This document shows, piece by piece, positions 26,979 through 36,596 of a DNA stretch of 64,000 nt; position 1 is the first letter of the stretch, and each line of letters starts with the position of its first letter. The notes beneath the pieces were generated by a model, which made no database searches, was not told the DNA's origin, and worked only from the letters and a program-made list of their open reading frames with translations. A program made the translations under genes and the position numbers. Source of the stretch: Longimicrobiales bacterium (GTDB taxonomy: Bacteria; Gemmatimonadota; Gemmatimonadetes; Longimicrobiales; Gaopeijiaceae); NCBI GenBank assembly GCA_041690395.1, contig JAWLHJ010000001.1, positions 320,001 through 384,000 on the forward strand, given 5' to 3'.

Positions 26979-28121
26979 TCACGGGTGGGCCGTCAGGTCC
27001 GCCGGGTGGCGGACGGGGATCCAGCGGGTGAGGGCGTCGGTGTTGGCGAACCGGAAGGTGACTTCGAGGCTGTCGCCCGTCGCGGGGGACGAGCGGAGCC
27101 CTTCGAGCATGGCGTGCAGTCCGCCCGGCTCGAGTCGGACGGTCTCGCCCGGCGGCAGCGGGATCACGTCGACGGGCTCCATGCGCATCATGCCGTCCTC
27201 GCTCACCATGCGGTGGAGCGAAGCGCTCCCGCCGCTCGGCGAGGCGACGCCGACCAGCGCGTCGGCGCGGGCACCCTCGTTCCGTAGCGTCGCGTAGAAC
27301 GCCAGCCGGTCCTGCCCGAGCGGGTCGAGCGCGAAGGCGTCTTCGACCTGCACGCCTCCGGTTCGGACCGGCCCGGCGGAGCTTCCGGCGTCACCGAGGG
27401 CCCGGGTGCCCCCGGCCTCCGCGTCGCTCCCGCCGGCCCGGGCGCCGCTCGCGCCGGCGCCGTTCCCGGAAGCGGTCGCGCCCGCTCCGCCCCACTCGAA
27501 GGCGACCAGCGCCCGCAGGTCCGCGGCGATCTCCTCGGGGGTGGCCTCGCCGTGGTCGTAGCCGAAGCGTCCGAGCAGCTCGGGCGTGAAGATGAACAGG
27601 TCCACCGGATGGGCGACCTCGTAGAAGCCCTCCTCCGGACGCTCCATGTCGGGAAAGACGAAGCCCATCCCCTCGACCGCCGCGTCGAGACGCTCCTGCG
27701 GGCCGGTCAGCCCGACGATGTCGGGGTGCAAGGCGCCCACCCAGTCACGCACCTGCTCCGGCGTGTCACGCTCGGCGTCGAGGCTGATGAAGACCGGAAG
27801 GACCCGCGCCCGCTCCTCGGGCTCGAGCAGCGCCAGGCTCCGCCCGACCCGCGCCATCGTGATGGGGCAGACGTCGGGGCAGCTCGTGTAGCCGAAGTAG
27901 AGCAGGGTCACCTTGCCGGCCGCGCGGGCGCGCAGCTCGAACGGCTCCCCGTTCTGATCGGTGAGCGTGACGGCCGGCAGGTCGTACGGCCGGAAGTACG
28001 GAGTGGCGACGAGACGCTCGGTCACTCCGGCGAGGCGGCTCCCCTCCTCGGCGGGCGCGCAGGCGCCGGCCAACAGCGTCCCCAGGAGGAGGGCCGCGGC
28101 GCGTGCGCCGCGCATGCTCAC
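26979..28121 (-). CDS. SCO1/SenC-PCuAC copper chaperone fusion lipoprotein
   Basis: Lipobox LAGAC; SCO motif YTSCPDVCP plus His (VAHP); G/A-rich linker; PCuAC motif LHRM...MMRM...PGGLHAML. Confidence 0.85.
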   Translation of the reverse strand: MSMRGARAAALLLGTLLAGACAPAEEGSRLAGVTERLVATPYFRPYDLPAVTLTDQNGEPFELRARAAGKVTLLYFGYTSCPDVCPITMARVGRSLALLEPEERARVLPVFISLDAERDTPEQVRDWVGALHPDIVGLTGPQERLDAAVEGMGFVFPDMERPEEGFYEVAHPVDLFIFTPELLGRFGYDHGEATPEEIAADLRALVAFEWGGAGATASGNGAGASGARAGGSDAEAGGTRALGDAGSSAGPVRTGGVQVEDAFALDPLGQDRLAFYATLRNEGARADALVGVASPSGGSASLHRMVSEDGMMRMEPVDVIPLPPGETVRLEPGGLHAMLEGLRSSPATGDSLEVTFRFANTDALTRWIPVRHPADLTAHP

Positions 28122-28420
28122 CCTTCCGCTTCCGGCAGCGCCGACCGGAGGAGTCCCTGGAGCTGCCGGGTGTCGAAGCTCCGGGCCTTGGCCACGGCTT
28201 CCTCGTAGCTGTCCTCGATGATGATCACGGTCGTGCGCACGGCCTCGTCGTCCGCCTCGTCGGCCGGGTCGAAGCGCAGCCGCCCCCGGTACGACGTGGG
28301 CCGGCGGGGATCGTCGTCGAACTCGAGGTACGCGTCCCAGATGCGCCCCTCGTGCGTGAGCGTCGCGACGTGGAGACCGGGCACGGAGCCCGAAGACGAT
28401 GCGTGAGGTCCGGAAGTCAT
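28118..28420 (-). CDS. hypothetical protein
   Basis: About 100 aa, tightly coupled to both neighbours. Confidence 0.7.
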   Translation of the reverse strand: MTSGPHASSSGSVPGLHVATLTHEGRIWDAYLEFDDDPRRPTSYRGRLRFDPADEADDEAVRTTVIIIEDSYEEAVAKARSFDTRQLQGLLRSALPEAEG

Positions 28421-28421
28421 G

Positions 28422-30533
28422 TCAGGACGATACGCCTTCCGGGCGCTCTCGTACACCCGCCGACGCGGCGCCCACCAAGGCGTCGTCCGAAGCCGCCCCA
28501 CCCGCCGTGCGCCGCCCCTTCCTGAGCGCCGTCCGCGCCCGCGCCAGCGCGCCCTTGATCTCCCGGGCGTCGGACTCGTCGAAGCGCTCTCCGCCCCACC
28601 GGGACCGCAGGTACGTCTCCACTACCCGCTCGGCGGATTCCGCCGCGGACGGCTGGAGCGACCGGACCCGCAGCAGGAGGCCGGACGGCGTCACCCCGGG
28701 CGTGATCCCGAGCCCCGCGCGGTCGCAGGCGTGGCGCAGCGACAGGTAGGCCCGGGCGGCCGGCCCGTGCCGGGCCGCGTCCCTCCCGCGCCAGCGCCAC
28801 GCGGCGAGCCCGGCGCCGACCAGCGCGAGCAGCATCAGCAGCGCGGGCATCCGGGACTCGGGCTCGGAGGGCGCTGACCCGTCGGACGTCGTTCGCGGGT
28901 CGTCGGTGAGGAATCCCGACCAACGCGAAAGAAGGCCGGACTGGTCGTCCGACCCATAGTCGAGGACCCACTTGCTCCACCGGTGCTGGATGCCGTCGAA
29001 CAGGATCCGCCCCGGCCAGAACCAGATCGTCTGGGCGGTCACGCTCCCGTCGCCCGCGGGGGTCGGATCGAACGTGACCCACCCGTACTCCGGGAACCAG
29101 ACCTCGACCCACGAGTGCGCCTCGTTCTGGGTGACCACGAGGTAGTTGCCGAACTGACTCCACTGCCCGCCCATGAAGCCGTTCACGTTGCGCGCTTCGA
29201 TCCCGGCGGCCCGGAGCAGCACGACCATCGCCGTGCTGAAGTACTCGCAGTGGCCTTCCTGCCGCTCGAACAGGAAATACTCGAGCGACGTCTGGGCGGC
29301 GGTCGCGGGGAGCTCGCGCGTATATCCGAAGCTCCGGAGGTATCGTTCGATGGCGACCGCCCGGTCGTAGCGCGTGTCGAGCCCTTCGGTGAGCGAGTCC
29401 GCCAGTGCCTGGATCCGGGGATCGATGGCCGGGAGCTGGAGGAAGTACCGGTCGGACGGTGTGAACCCGCGCTCGGCCGCTCGCAGCGTCTCCGGCGACG
29501 GAGGCAGCGCCGGTGACTCGGCGGTGTACGTCGGGGCTCCCGAGCCCCAGTAGATGAAGTCTCCCGCGTTGTCCACGAGCGGCTGGACTCCGCTCTCCGC
29601 GTCGATGCGGATGGCGGGATGGAGCGCGAACAGCACCCGGCTGTCGAGGGGCGCACCGAAGATGCGTTGCTCGATCACCGGGCCCTGCCAACGCTCGCGA
29701 TACCAGTCGCGTGGCGCCGACGCGGGGGGCAGGGAGCGCGACCGGGTCCAGCGGACTCCGTCGAAGCGGTCGTAGGAGCGCCCGCGCCAGCGGAGGCTCC
29801 CCACGTCGCCCGGCGGGCCCGAGGGAAACTCCACACGCAGCACGATCTCGGGGTTGCCCTGGATGGTCGCGCCGTGCTGGCCGATCGAGACCTCCTCGCT
29901 GAAGCCGGCGATCGACGAGGCGACGGTGTCACCACGACCCGAGAAGCCCTGCGACACCCGCGGGAAGGTGAGGAACACCAACCCCGCCACCAGAAGGACA
30001 ACGCCCGACAGCCCCGCCGTCGTCCACATGAGACCCCTGCCGAGCGGTACCTCGCGGACACCGTGCCGCTCGGCGCCGCGCCTGAGGTGGCCCACCATGA
30101 GCGCCACCGTGGCGAGCGCCACGTACGCCACGAAGCCGATCAGGAAGAGAACGCCCGGGCGGTACGCCGTCGACGCGAGCACCAGCGCGAACGACAAGGC
30201 GTAGAGGCGGAGGTCGTTGGGCGCCTCGAGGGCCCGCAGCGCTTCGGCCACCATCAGCAGCAGCAGGAGATCCACGACGGGGATCACGACGTCGCCGCGG
30301 ATGACGAAGACGTGGACGAGCGCCCTCAGCACGAGGAGCGTCGCGAGCGGCAGCCAGAGCCGCTCGAGCCGGCGCGACCGCTCGAGGTCGGGGTGCCAGA
30401 AGAGGCCGGCGAGGAGTCCGGCGAAGGCCAGGGCGGCGGTGAGCGGCTCGAAGCCGGCCCCGCCAGAGAAGGCCAGGAGCCCGGCCAGCCCCATGAGGAC
30501 CGCGAGCCGCCGGTGCAGCAGACGCAGATTCAT
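28422..30533 (-). CDS. TgpA-like membrane transglutaminase-domain protein (DUF3488)
   Basis: N-terminal TM region, LRWRGRSYD, triad GHCEYF / AHSWVEV / FDPTP. Confidence 0.88.
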   Translation of the reverse strand: MNLRLLHRRLAVLMGLAGLLAFSGGAGFEPLTAALAFAGLLAGLFWHPDLERSRRLERLWLPLATLLVLRALVHVFVIRGDVVIPVVDLLLLLMVAEALRALEAPNDLRLYALSFALVLASTAYRPGVLFLIGFVAYVALATVALMVGHLRRGAERHGVREVPLGRGLMWTTAGLSGVVLLVAGLVFLTFPRVSQGFSGRGDTVASSIAGFSEEVSIGQHGATIQGNPEIVLRVEFPSGPPGDVGSLRWRGRSYDRFDGVRWTRSRSLPPASAPRDWYRERWQGPVIEQRIFGAPLDSRVLFALHPAIRIDAESGVQPLVDNAGDFIYWGSGAPTYTAESPALPPSPETLRAAERGFTPSDRYFLQLPAIDPRIQALADSLTEGLDTRYDRAVAIERYLRSFGYTRELPATAAQTSLEYFLFERQEGHCEYFSTAMVVLLRAAGIEARNVNGFMGGQWSQFGNYLVVTQNEAHSWVEVWFPEYGWVTFDPTPAGDGSVTAQTIWFWPGRILFDGIQHRWSKWVLDYGSDDQSGLLSRWSGFLTDDPRTTSDGSAPSEPESRMPALLMLLALVGAGLAAWRWRGRDAARHGPAARAYLSLRHACDRAGLGITPGVTPSGLLLRVRSLQPSAAESAERVVETYLRSRWGGERFDESDAREIKGALARARTALRKGRRTAGGAASDDALVGAASAGVRERPEGVSS

Positions 30534-31636
30534 GCCGCGACCTCCGCACCGGGCTCGGCTCCGACCGCCTTCAGCCTGGCCCGCGCCGCGGCCTCCGCGT
30601 CCTCGGCGGTCACCAGGAGCGTGTCGGAGAAGCCCTCGGCGCCGACGAGGGTCACGAGCACGCACGACCTGGGAGCGACCGGTGGAGCGGGTGCCGCGCA
30701 CGCCGGGTCGAACTCGACCCTCGCGAGGAGGTCGAGCGCCCGCTCCAGCGTGCCGATGTCGTCGCCGGGCGTCACGACGCCCTCCGGGGTGGCGAGCCCG
30801 AAGGGCCGGTGCTCCGCCACGCAGCCGGCCGCCAGCGAAGCGGCGATCTCCACTGCGCGCTCGGCCGCGTCGCCTTCGACGCCGCGCGTGTCCAGGCAGA
30901 TCCAGCGGGTCTCGGAGGCGCCCTGCTCGTACTCGCGCACCACCGGCCGCCGCAGCCGCGCCGACGATTTCCAGTGGATGTCGCGCGGGTCGTCCCCACG
31001 CCGGTAGGTGCGGAGGCTCCGGTATTCACCCCGCCAGCCCAACGAGCCGCGTGGAGACCGGCCGCTCCGGGGAAGGCGCCCCGCGCCCGGTGCCGGGTCG
31101 CGCACGGCCAGGTCGTGCCGTGGCCAGACCACGACCTCGCCCGGAAGCTCCACGTCGCGCTCCTTGCGGAAGAGCCCGAACGGGAAAGAGGTCCCGAGGG
31201 TGAGCGTTCCGAGCGGGTACACGCCCCGCCGGACGAAGCCGTTGGAGGAGCGGGCCGTCGCTCGCCCGCCGGCGGGGACGTGCGAGACGAATGCGGGCTC
31301 GGCGAGGCCGGTCTCGGAGAGCTCCACGGCGAGGCTCGGGAGATACCGTTTCCGGTTCCGGACGTGGTACGTCAGGAGGAGGTCCCGCCCGACCGTCACG
31401 GCCCGCGGGATCTGCCGCTCGACGTGGAGATCCCGGATCGCCTGCTCGGAGAGCCAGCCGCTGACGGCGATGAAGCCCAGCATGGCACCGAGCAGAAGGT
31501 ACAGGAGGTTGTTACCGGTGTTGAGCGCGGCGAAGCCGACCGCGGTGGTGCCGATGGTGAAGGCCACGCCGCCGGCCGTGAAGCGGATGCGGCGCCACGC
31601 GCGGATCCGCCGCACGACGTCGCGCACCCACGTCAT
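30530..31636 (-). CDS. DUF58 domain protein
   Basis: NTGNNLLY, FPFGLF, LRTYRRGDDPRDIHWKSSAR, VREYE. Confidence 0.9.
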   Translation of the reverse strand: MTWVRDVVRRIRAWRRIRFTAGGVAFTIGTTAVGFAALNTGNNLLYLLLGAMLGFIAVSGWLSEQAIRDLHVERQIPRAVTVGRDLLLTYHVRNRKRYLPSLAVELSETGLAEPAFVSHVPAGGRATARSSNGFVRRGVYPLGTLTLGTSFPFGLFRKERDVELPGEVVVWPRHDLAVRDPAPGAGRLPRSGRSPRGSLGWRGEYRSLRTYRRGDDPRDIHWKSSARLRRPVVREYEQGASETRWICLDTRGVEGDAAERAVEIAASLAAGCVAEHRPFGLATPEGVVTPGDDIGTLERALDLLARVEFDPACAAPAPPVAPRSCVLVTLVGAEGFSDTLLVTAEDAEAAARARLKAVGAEPGAEVAA

Positions 31637-32619
31637 CACACCGGTACCTCGACCTCGTCCATGATCCCCTCGAGCACGCGGGCCGCCTCGTCGTGGCCAT
31701 CCGGCGTGCCGACCGATCCGCCCGCCGGCATGACCCGGTGGGCGAGGCAAGGCACCACCAGATCGCGGACGTCGCTGGGAATGAGGTACGTGCGCCCGTG
31801 CGTGAGCGCGTACGCGCGGGCCGCTCGGTGGAGCGCGATGCCGCCACGCGGGCTCACGCCCATGCGCAGGCGTGACGACGTGCGGGTGCGCTGGACGATT
31901 TCCATGAGGTCGTCGAGGATGTCGGGCGCGACCTTCACTTCGTCGATCCGCTTCTGGAGCTGGAGCACCTGGTCCGGCGACAGGACGGCGCGCAGGCGGT
32001 CGATGACCGGCGCGTTCGGAGACGCTTCCGAGAGGATCAGGCGCTCGGCCTCCGGGTCCGGGTATCCGACGGTGATCCGCATGAGGAACCGGTCGAGCTG
32101 GCTCTCCGGCAGCGGATACGTGCCGTGGTGCTCGAGCGGGTTCTGCGTGGCCATCACCAGGAACGGGCGGGGCAGGTCGAAGGTGCGGTCGTCGATCGTG
32201 ACCCGGCCCTCCTGCATCGCTTCGAGCAGGCCGCTCTGGGTACGGGGCGGCGCCCGGTTGATCTCGTCGGCGAGGACGACGTTGGTGAAGATCGGTCCGG
32301 GCCGGACCTCGAACTCCGTGGTGCGCGGGTCGTAGACCGAGACTCCGAGCACGTCCGAAGGGAGGAGGTCGGAGGTGAACTGGATCCGTCGGAATCCGAG
32401 CCCGAGCGCCTTCGCGAGCGCGTGGGAGAGCGTCGTCTTTCCGACCCCGGGCACGTCCTCGAAGAGCACGTGGCCACCCGCCAGCAGCGACGCGAGCGCG
32501 AGGCGTACGACTTCGCGCTTCCCGTGGAAGACCGTCTCCACTTCCTCGACGAGATGGTCCAGGAGCTCGAGTGATGGTCGCGCTTCGCGCGCGGGCGCCT
32601 CGGCTGTCGACTCCGGCAT
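31636..32619 (-). CDS. moxR: MoxR-family AAA+ ATPase
   Basis: EDVPGVGKT, RIQFTSDLLPSD, LADEINRAPPRTQSGLLEAM, ATQNP, YPLPESQLDRF. Confidence 0.93.
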   Translation of the reverse strand: MPESTAEAPAREARPSLELLDHLVEEVETVFHGKREVVRLALASLLAGGHVLFEDVPGVGKTTLSHALAKALGLGFRRIQFTSDLLPSDVLGVSVYDPRTTEFEVRPGPIFTNVVLADEINRAPPRTQSGLLEAMQEGRVTIDDRTFDLPRPFLVMATQNPLEHHGTYPLPESQLDRFLMRITVGYPDPEAERLILSEASPNAPVIDRLRAVLSPDQVLQLQKRIDEVKVAPDILDDLMEIVQRTRTSSRLRMGVSPRGGIALHRAARAYALTHGRTYLIPSDVRDLVVPCLAHRVMPAGGSVGTPDGHDEAARVLEGIMDEVEVPV

Positions 32620-32992
32620 CAACACCTTCCTCTGTGGGTCCGTCGAAGCTCCGCCTACGGGGACGCGAAAGCCGCGGGGGCGCAAGCGTTTTCCCTTATC
32701 GAGCGACCTGTCGGAGCGTTCGGAGCTGTCGGGTGGGGGAGCCCGCGAGGCCCCGGTCGAACCCCTCGCGGGCCGGGTGTGCGGAGTGGGAAAGTATAAC
32801 ACTCGCGCGGGCAAAAAGGTTCTCGCGCCAGGCCCTGTCCCGCTTGACCCCACCCCTTGGCTCAGGGTAGGTTGATCCCGATTTTTCAGGGCATGTTCCG
32901 ATTCGTCACAAGCACACCCCGGACGGTAGCGGAACGTGCCTCCTTGCGCCCGATCCCTGGGCGCGTCGCTTCGTTCAGGACCTAGCCTTCGA

Positions 32993-33547
32993 ATGAAACA
33001 GCACTGGCTGATCGGCGGCCTCGCCGGAGTATTCGCCCTCGGCGGGCTCGCGTTCGTCCAGGGTGGTGGAGCGGGGGAGAGCGGTGCGCAGAGCGCCGTG
33101 GAGTCCTCGGTCCAGCCCATCGCGTTCCCGCACGACTTGCACGCAGGTAGTGGAGAAGGGCAGGCCAACATGAACTGCCAGTTCTGCCACTACTCCGCGG
33201 AGCGCTCCGTCGACGCGGGGCTCCCGTCCGTGGCGACGTGCTGGGGCTGCCATCAGGTGGTCCAGGGCCAGAACAACCCGGAGGAGGTCGCCAAGATCCA
33301 GGGCTACATGGAGAGCGGCGAGCCGATCCCGTGGGTGCGTATCTACAAGATCTCCGACCATGCCCACTTCCCGCACATGCGGCACATCGATGCCGGCTTC
33401 CAGTGCCAGGACTGTCACGGAGAGGTGCAGGAAATGGGCGTAATCTCAGAACGAGATCCGGTCTGGGGCGGTGACAACATGGGATGGTGCGTGGACTGCC
33501 ATCGTCAGAACGAGGCGTCCATCGATTGCGCCGTCTGCCACTACTAG
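32993..33547 (+). CDS. actA: alternative complex III pentaheme cytochrome c subunit
   Basis: Five CxxCH motifs (CQFCH, CWGCH, CQDCH, CVDCH, CAVCH), QPIAFPH, first gene of act operon. Confidence 0.9.
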   Translation: MKQHWLIGGLAGVFALGGLAFVQGGGAGESGAQSAVESSVQPIAFPHDLHAGSGEGQANMNCQFCHYSAERSVDAGLPSVATCWGCHQVVQGQNNPEEVAKIQGYMESGEPIPWVRIYKISDHAHFPHMRHIDAGFQCQDCHGEVQEMGVISERDPVWGGDNMGWCVDCHRQNEASIDCAVCHY

Positions 33548-33569
33548 CCTCGAGCGCCGGATACATATC

Positions 33570-36500
33570 ATGACCGACGTCAAGCGGCGGGACTTCCTGA
33601 AGGTGCTCGGAGTATCGGGCGCCGGCGCGACCCTCGGGGGTTGCTCCACCGGGGATGTCGAGCGCCTTCTTCCCTATGTCGTGGCACCGGACGAGATCAC
33701 TCCGGGCGTCGCGACCTGGTACACGACGGCCTGCGGCGGATGCTCCGCGGGTTGTGGCATGTGGGTGCGGACGCGCGAAGGGCGCGCCGTGAAAGTCGAG
33801 GGGAACCCCGATCACCCCGTCTCGCAGGGCGGGCTCTGCTCGCGCGGACACGCCACGCTCCAGCATCTCTACAACGCGGACCGCTTCGCCGGCCCGATGA
33901 TCCGCGAGGGCGACCGCCTTCGCCAGGGCACCTGGGACGAAGTCGAGCGCCTGCTGGCCGCCCGTATCGGCAACCTCGCCGACGACCAGAGCGTGCTGTT
34001 CATCGGCGGGAACGCCGGCCCCACGCTCGACACCCTGATCGGTGAGTTCGTCACGGCCGTCGGCGGGGAGCGCGTCACGTACGACGCCGTTTCCGACGCG
34101 CCGCTCCGCGAGGCCGTCCGCATCGCGTACGGCGAGGCCGGCCTCCCGGAGTACGACATCGCGAGCGCGCGTCTGCTCCTGTCGTTCGGGAACGACTTCA
34201 TCGAGAGCGGCCCGTCGCCCGTCGCGCACCAGAAGGGCTTCGCCCGGATGAGCGCGGTCGACGACGCCAACGCGAAGGGGCGGTTCGTCTTCCTCGGGTC
34301 GCGGCTCTCGCTCACCGGTCTCAACGCCGACGAGTGGGTCCCGATCCGGCCCGGCTCGGAAGCGGCGGTGGCGCTGGGCATGGCTTCGGTCATCGCCGAG
34401 GGCGGCGCGGCCGGTCCGTATCAGAATCTGCTGCAGGCCTACACCCCGGCCGTGGCGGCCGAGGCGGCCGGCGTGGACGAGGCGACCATCCGTGAGCTCG
34501 CCGAGCGCTTCGCGGGCGATACGCCGAGCCTGGCCATGGGGCCGGGCGTCGGCTCGCATCACCGCAACGCGACGGCCGCGAATCTGGCGGTCCTCATCCT
34601 CAACGAGGTCGCGGGCAACGTCGGCACCACCGTCCGTTACGGCACGGGCGCGGTCGGCACCACGAGCAGCTACGCGGACATGGAAGGCGCCATCGGGCGC
34701 ATGGCCTCCGGCAATGTCGGCGTCGTCATGGTCCACGGGACCAACCCGGCCTACTCGCTCCCGCAGTCGGCCGGCTTCGTCGAAGCGTTCGAGCAGGTGC
34801 CCTACAAGGTCTGCTTCGCCTCGGCCCCGGACGAGACCACGGCCATGGCCGACCTCATCCTCCCGGACCGGCACTTCCTGGAGGCGTGGGGCGACTCGAT
34901 GGCCCGTACGGGCGTCATGACCATCCAGCAGCCGGTCATGCAGAACGTCCCGCACTTCGACAGCAAGCAGTTCGGCGACGTGCTTCTCTCCGTGGGATCG
35001 CACCTCGGGCACGACCTCGGCGCCGCGACGTTCTACGAGTACCTGCGGGCCCGCCACCAGGCGGCCCACGATCCGGCGACCGGCGACTTCGAGACGGCCT
35101 GGCGCCGAGCGCTCCGCTCGGGCGTGGTCGAGACGTCCGCCCCGGCCGCGGCGACGCCGCAGCTCCGGGCCCCCGATGCCGCGCTGACGTTCGACGTACC
35201 GACCTTCGACGGCGACGGGGACCTCACCCTCATGGTGCACCCGTCGTCCCGCTTCGGCGGCGGCGAGTTCTCCAACAGCCCCTGGCTGCTGGAGCTTCCC
35301 GACCCGGTCTCGAAGATCACCTGGCATTCCTGGCTGGAGATGAACCCGGCGACCGCGGAAGCCCGCGGCATCCGCGAGGGCGACATCGTCACGGTCAACT
35401 CGCCCCACGGCGAGCTCGAGGTCCCGGTCTGGCCGTACCCCGGCATCCGCGAGGACACCGTGGCCCTGGCCATGGGCAGCGGCCACACGAACATGGGTCG
35501 TTGGGCCACCGGCCAGGGCGTGAACGCCGTGACGCTGCTGGGCGCCGTCTCGGAGCAGCCGTCCGGCGGCCTGGTCACGCTCTCCACGAAGGTGTCCGTC
35601 ACGCCGACCGGCGAGCGGCGGCGGCACGCGACCATCGAAGGCTCGAACGATCAGCACGACCGGCCGATCGCGCCGGCCGTCGCGCTCGCCGAGCTCGGTC
35701 ACGCGACCGACGACCACGGCGAAGAGGGCGCGCACCACGGGCCGCTCCAGGAGCTCCAGGGCGTCGGCGGCTTCGTGCCGGTCGACGCGGAGGACGGGGC
35801 GTCGCAGGCGTTCCCGCTCGAGGGCTCCCGCCACGGCGAGTATGCCGACGCGCACGAAGGTCCGCGCTGGGCGATGGCCATCGACCTCGACAAGTGCACC
35901 GGCTGCAGCGCGTGTGTCACGGCCTGTCAGTCGGAGAACAACATCCCCTGGGTCGGCGAGGACCAGGTGCAGATGGGCCGCGACATGAGCTGGATCCGGC
36001 TCGAGCGCTACTACGAGCACATCGACGCCACGCAGGCCAGCCATCTCGACGTCCGCTTCCTGCCCATGCTGTGCCAGCACTGCGGCAACGCGCCGTGCGA
36101 GCCGGTCTGCCCGGTGTTCGCGACCTACCACACGCCCGAGGGCGTGAACGCGCAGATCTACAATCGGTGCGTGGGCACGCGCTACTGCGCCAACAACTGC
36201 CCGTACAAGGTCCGCGTCTACAACTGGTACCGGTACACCGACGAGAACGTCCCCGAGCCGATGAACTGGCAGTGGAACCCGGACGTGACCGTGCGGACCA
36301 ACGGTATCATGGAGAAGTGCTCCTTCTGCATGCAGCGCATCCGCGACGCGGAGAACCGGGCGGCGCTCGAAGAGGGCCGGCCCGTCCGCGACGGCGAGAT
36401 CGTGCCGGCGTGCGAGCAGAGCTGCCCGGCCGAGGCGATCGTCTTCGGTAACATCCGCGACCCGAACTCACGCGTGGCCCAGGTGGTCGCGAGTGAGCGG

Positions 36501-36596
36501 ACCTACAGGGTCCTGGACGAGCTCATCAACACCCAGCCAGCCGTGAACTACCTGAAGAAGGTCACCTTCCACGAGGTGTCCGGAGGGCACGAGTAA
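33570..36596 (+). CDS. actB: alternative complex III molybdopterin-oxidoreductase-like/Fe-S subunit
   Basis: Tat motif KRRDFLK plus lipobox LGGC; VKVEGNPDHP; C-terminal Fe-S motifs CTGCSACVTAC, CQHCGNAPCEPVC, CVGTRYCANNC, CSFC..CEQSC. Confidence 0.92.
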   Translation: MTDVKRRDFLKVLGVSGAGATLGGCSTGDVERLLPYVVAPDEITPGVATWYTTACGGCSAGCGMWVRTREGRAVKVEGNPDHPVSQGGLCSRGHATLQHLYNADRFAGPMIREGDRLRQGTWDEVERLLAARIGNLADDQSVLFIGGNAGPTLDTLIGEFVTAVGGERVTYDAVSDAPLREAVRIAYGEAGLPEYDIASARLLLSFGNDFIESGPSPVAHQKGFARMSAVDDANAKGRFVFLGSRLSLTGLNADEWVPIRPGSEAAVALGMASVIAEGGAAGPYQNLLQAYTPAVAAEAAGVDEATIRELAERFAGDTPSLAMGPGVGSHHRNATAANLAVLILNEVAGNVGTTVRYGTGAVGTTSSYADMEGAIGRMASGNVGVVMVHGTNPAYSLPQSAGFVEAFEQVPYKVCFASAPDETTAMADLILPDRHFLEAWGDSMARTGVMTIQQPVMQNVPHFDSKQFGDVLLSVGSHLGHDLGAATFYEYLRARHQAAHDPATGDFETAWRRALRSGVVETSAPAAATPQLRAPDAALTFDVPTFDGDGDLTLMVHPSSRFGGGEFSNSPWLLELPDPVSKITWHSWLEMNPATAEARGIREGDIVTVNSPHGELEVPVWPYPGIREDTVALAMGSGHTNMGRWATGQGVNAVTLLGAVSEQPSGGLVTLSTKVSVTPTGERRRHATIEGSNDQHDRPIAPAVALAELGHATDDHGEEGAHHGPLQELQGVGGFVPVDAEDGASQAFPLEGSRHGEYADAHEGPRWAMAIDLDKCTGCSACVTACQSENNIPWVGEDQVQMGRDMSWIRLERYYEHIDATQASHLDVRFLPMLCQHCGNAPCEPVCPVFATYHTPEGVNAQIYNRCVGTRYCANNCPYKVRVYNWYRYTDENVPEPMNWQWNPDVTVRTNGIMEKCSFCMQRIRDAENRAALEEGRPVRDGEIVPACEQSCPAEAIVFGNIRDPNSRVAQVVASERTYRVLDELINTQPAVNYLKKVTFHEVSGGHE

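Noticed and set aside
32844..32873. Sigma70-like promoter for the act operon (TTGACC-N18-TAGGTT)
   Set aside because: Plausible but too weak to assert without TSS data; no clear FNR box.
32982..36131. Long antisense and alternate-frame ORFs (e.g. 1049 aa here, 857 aa opposite lon)
   Set aside because: Shadow ORFs expected from high-GC codon bias; no recognisable motifs, and they overlap well-supported genes.
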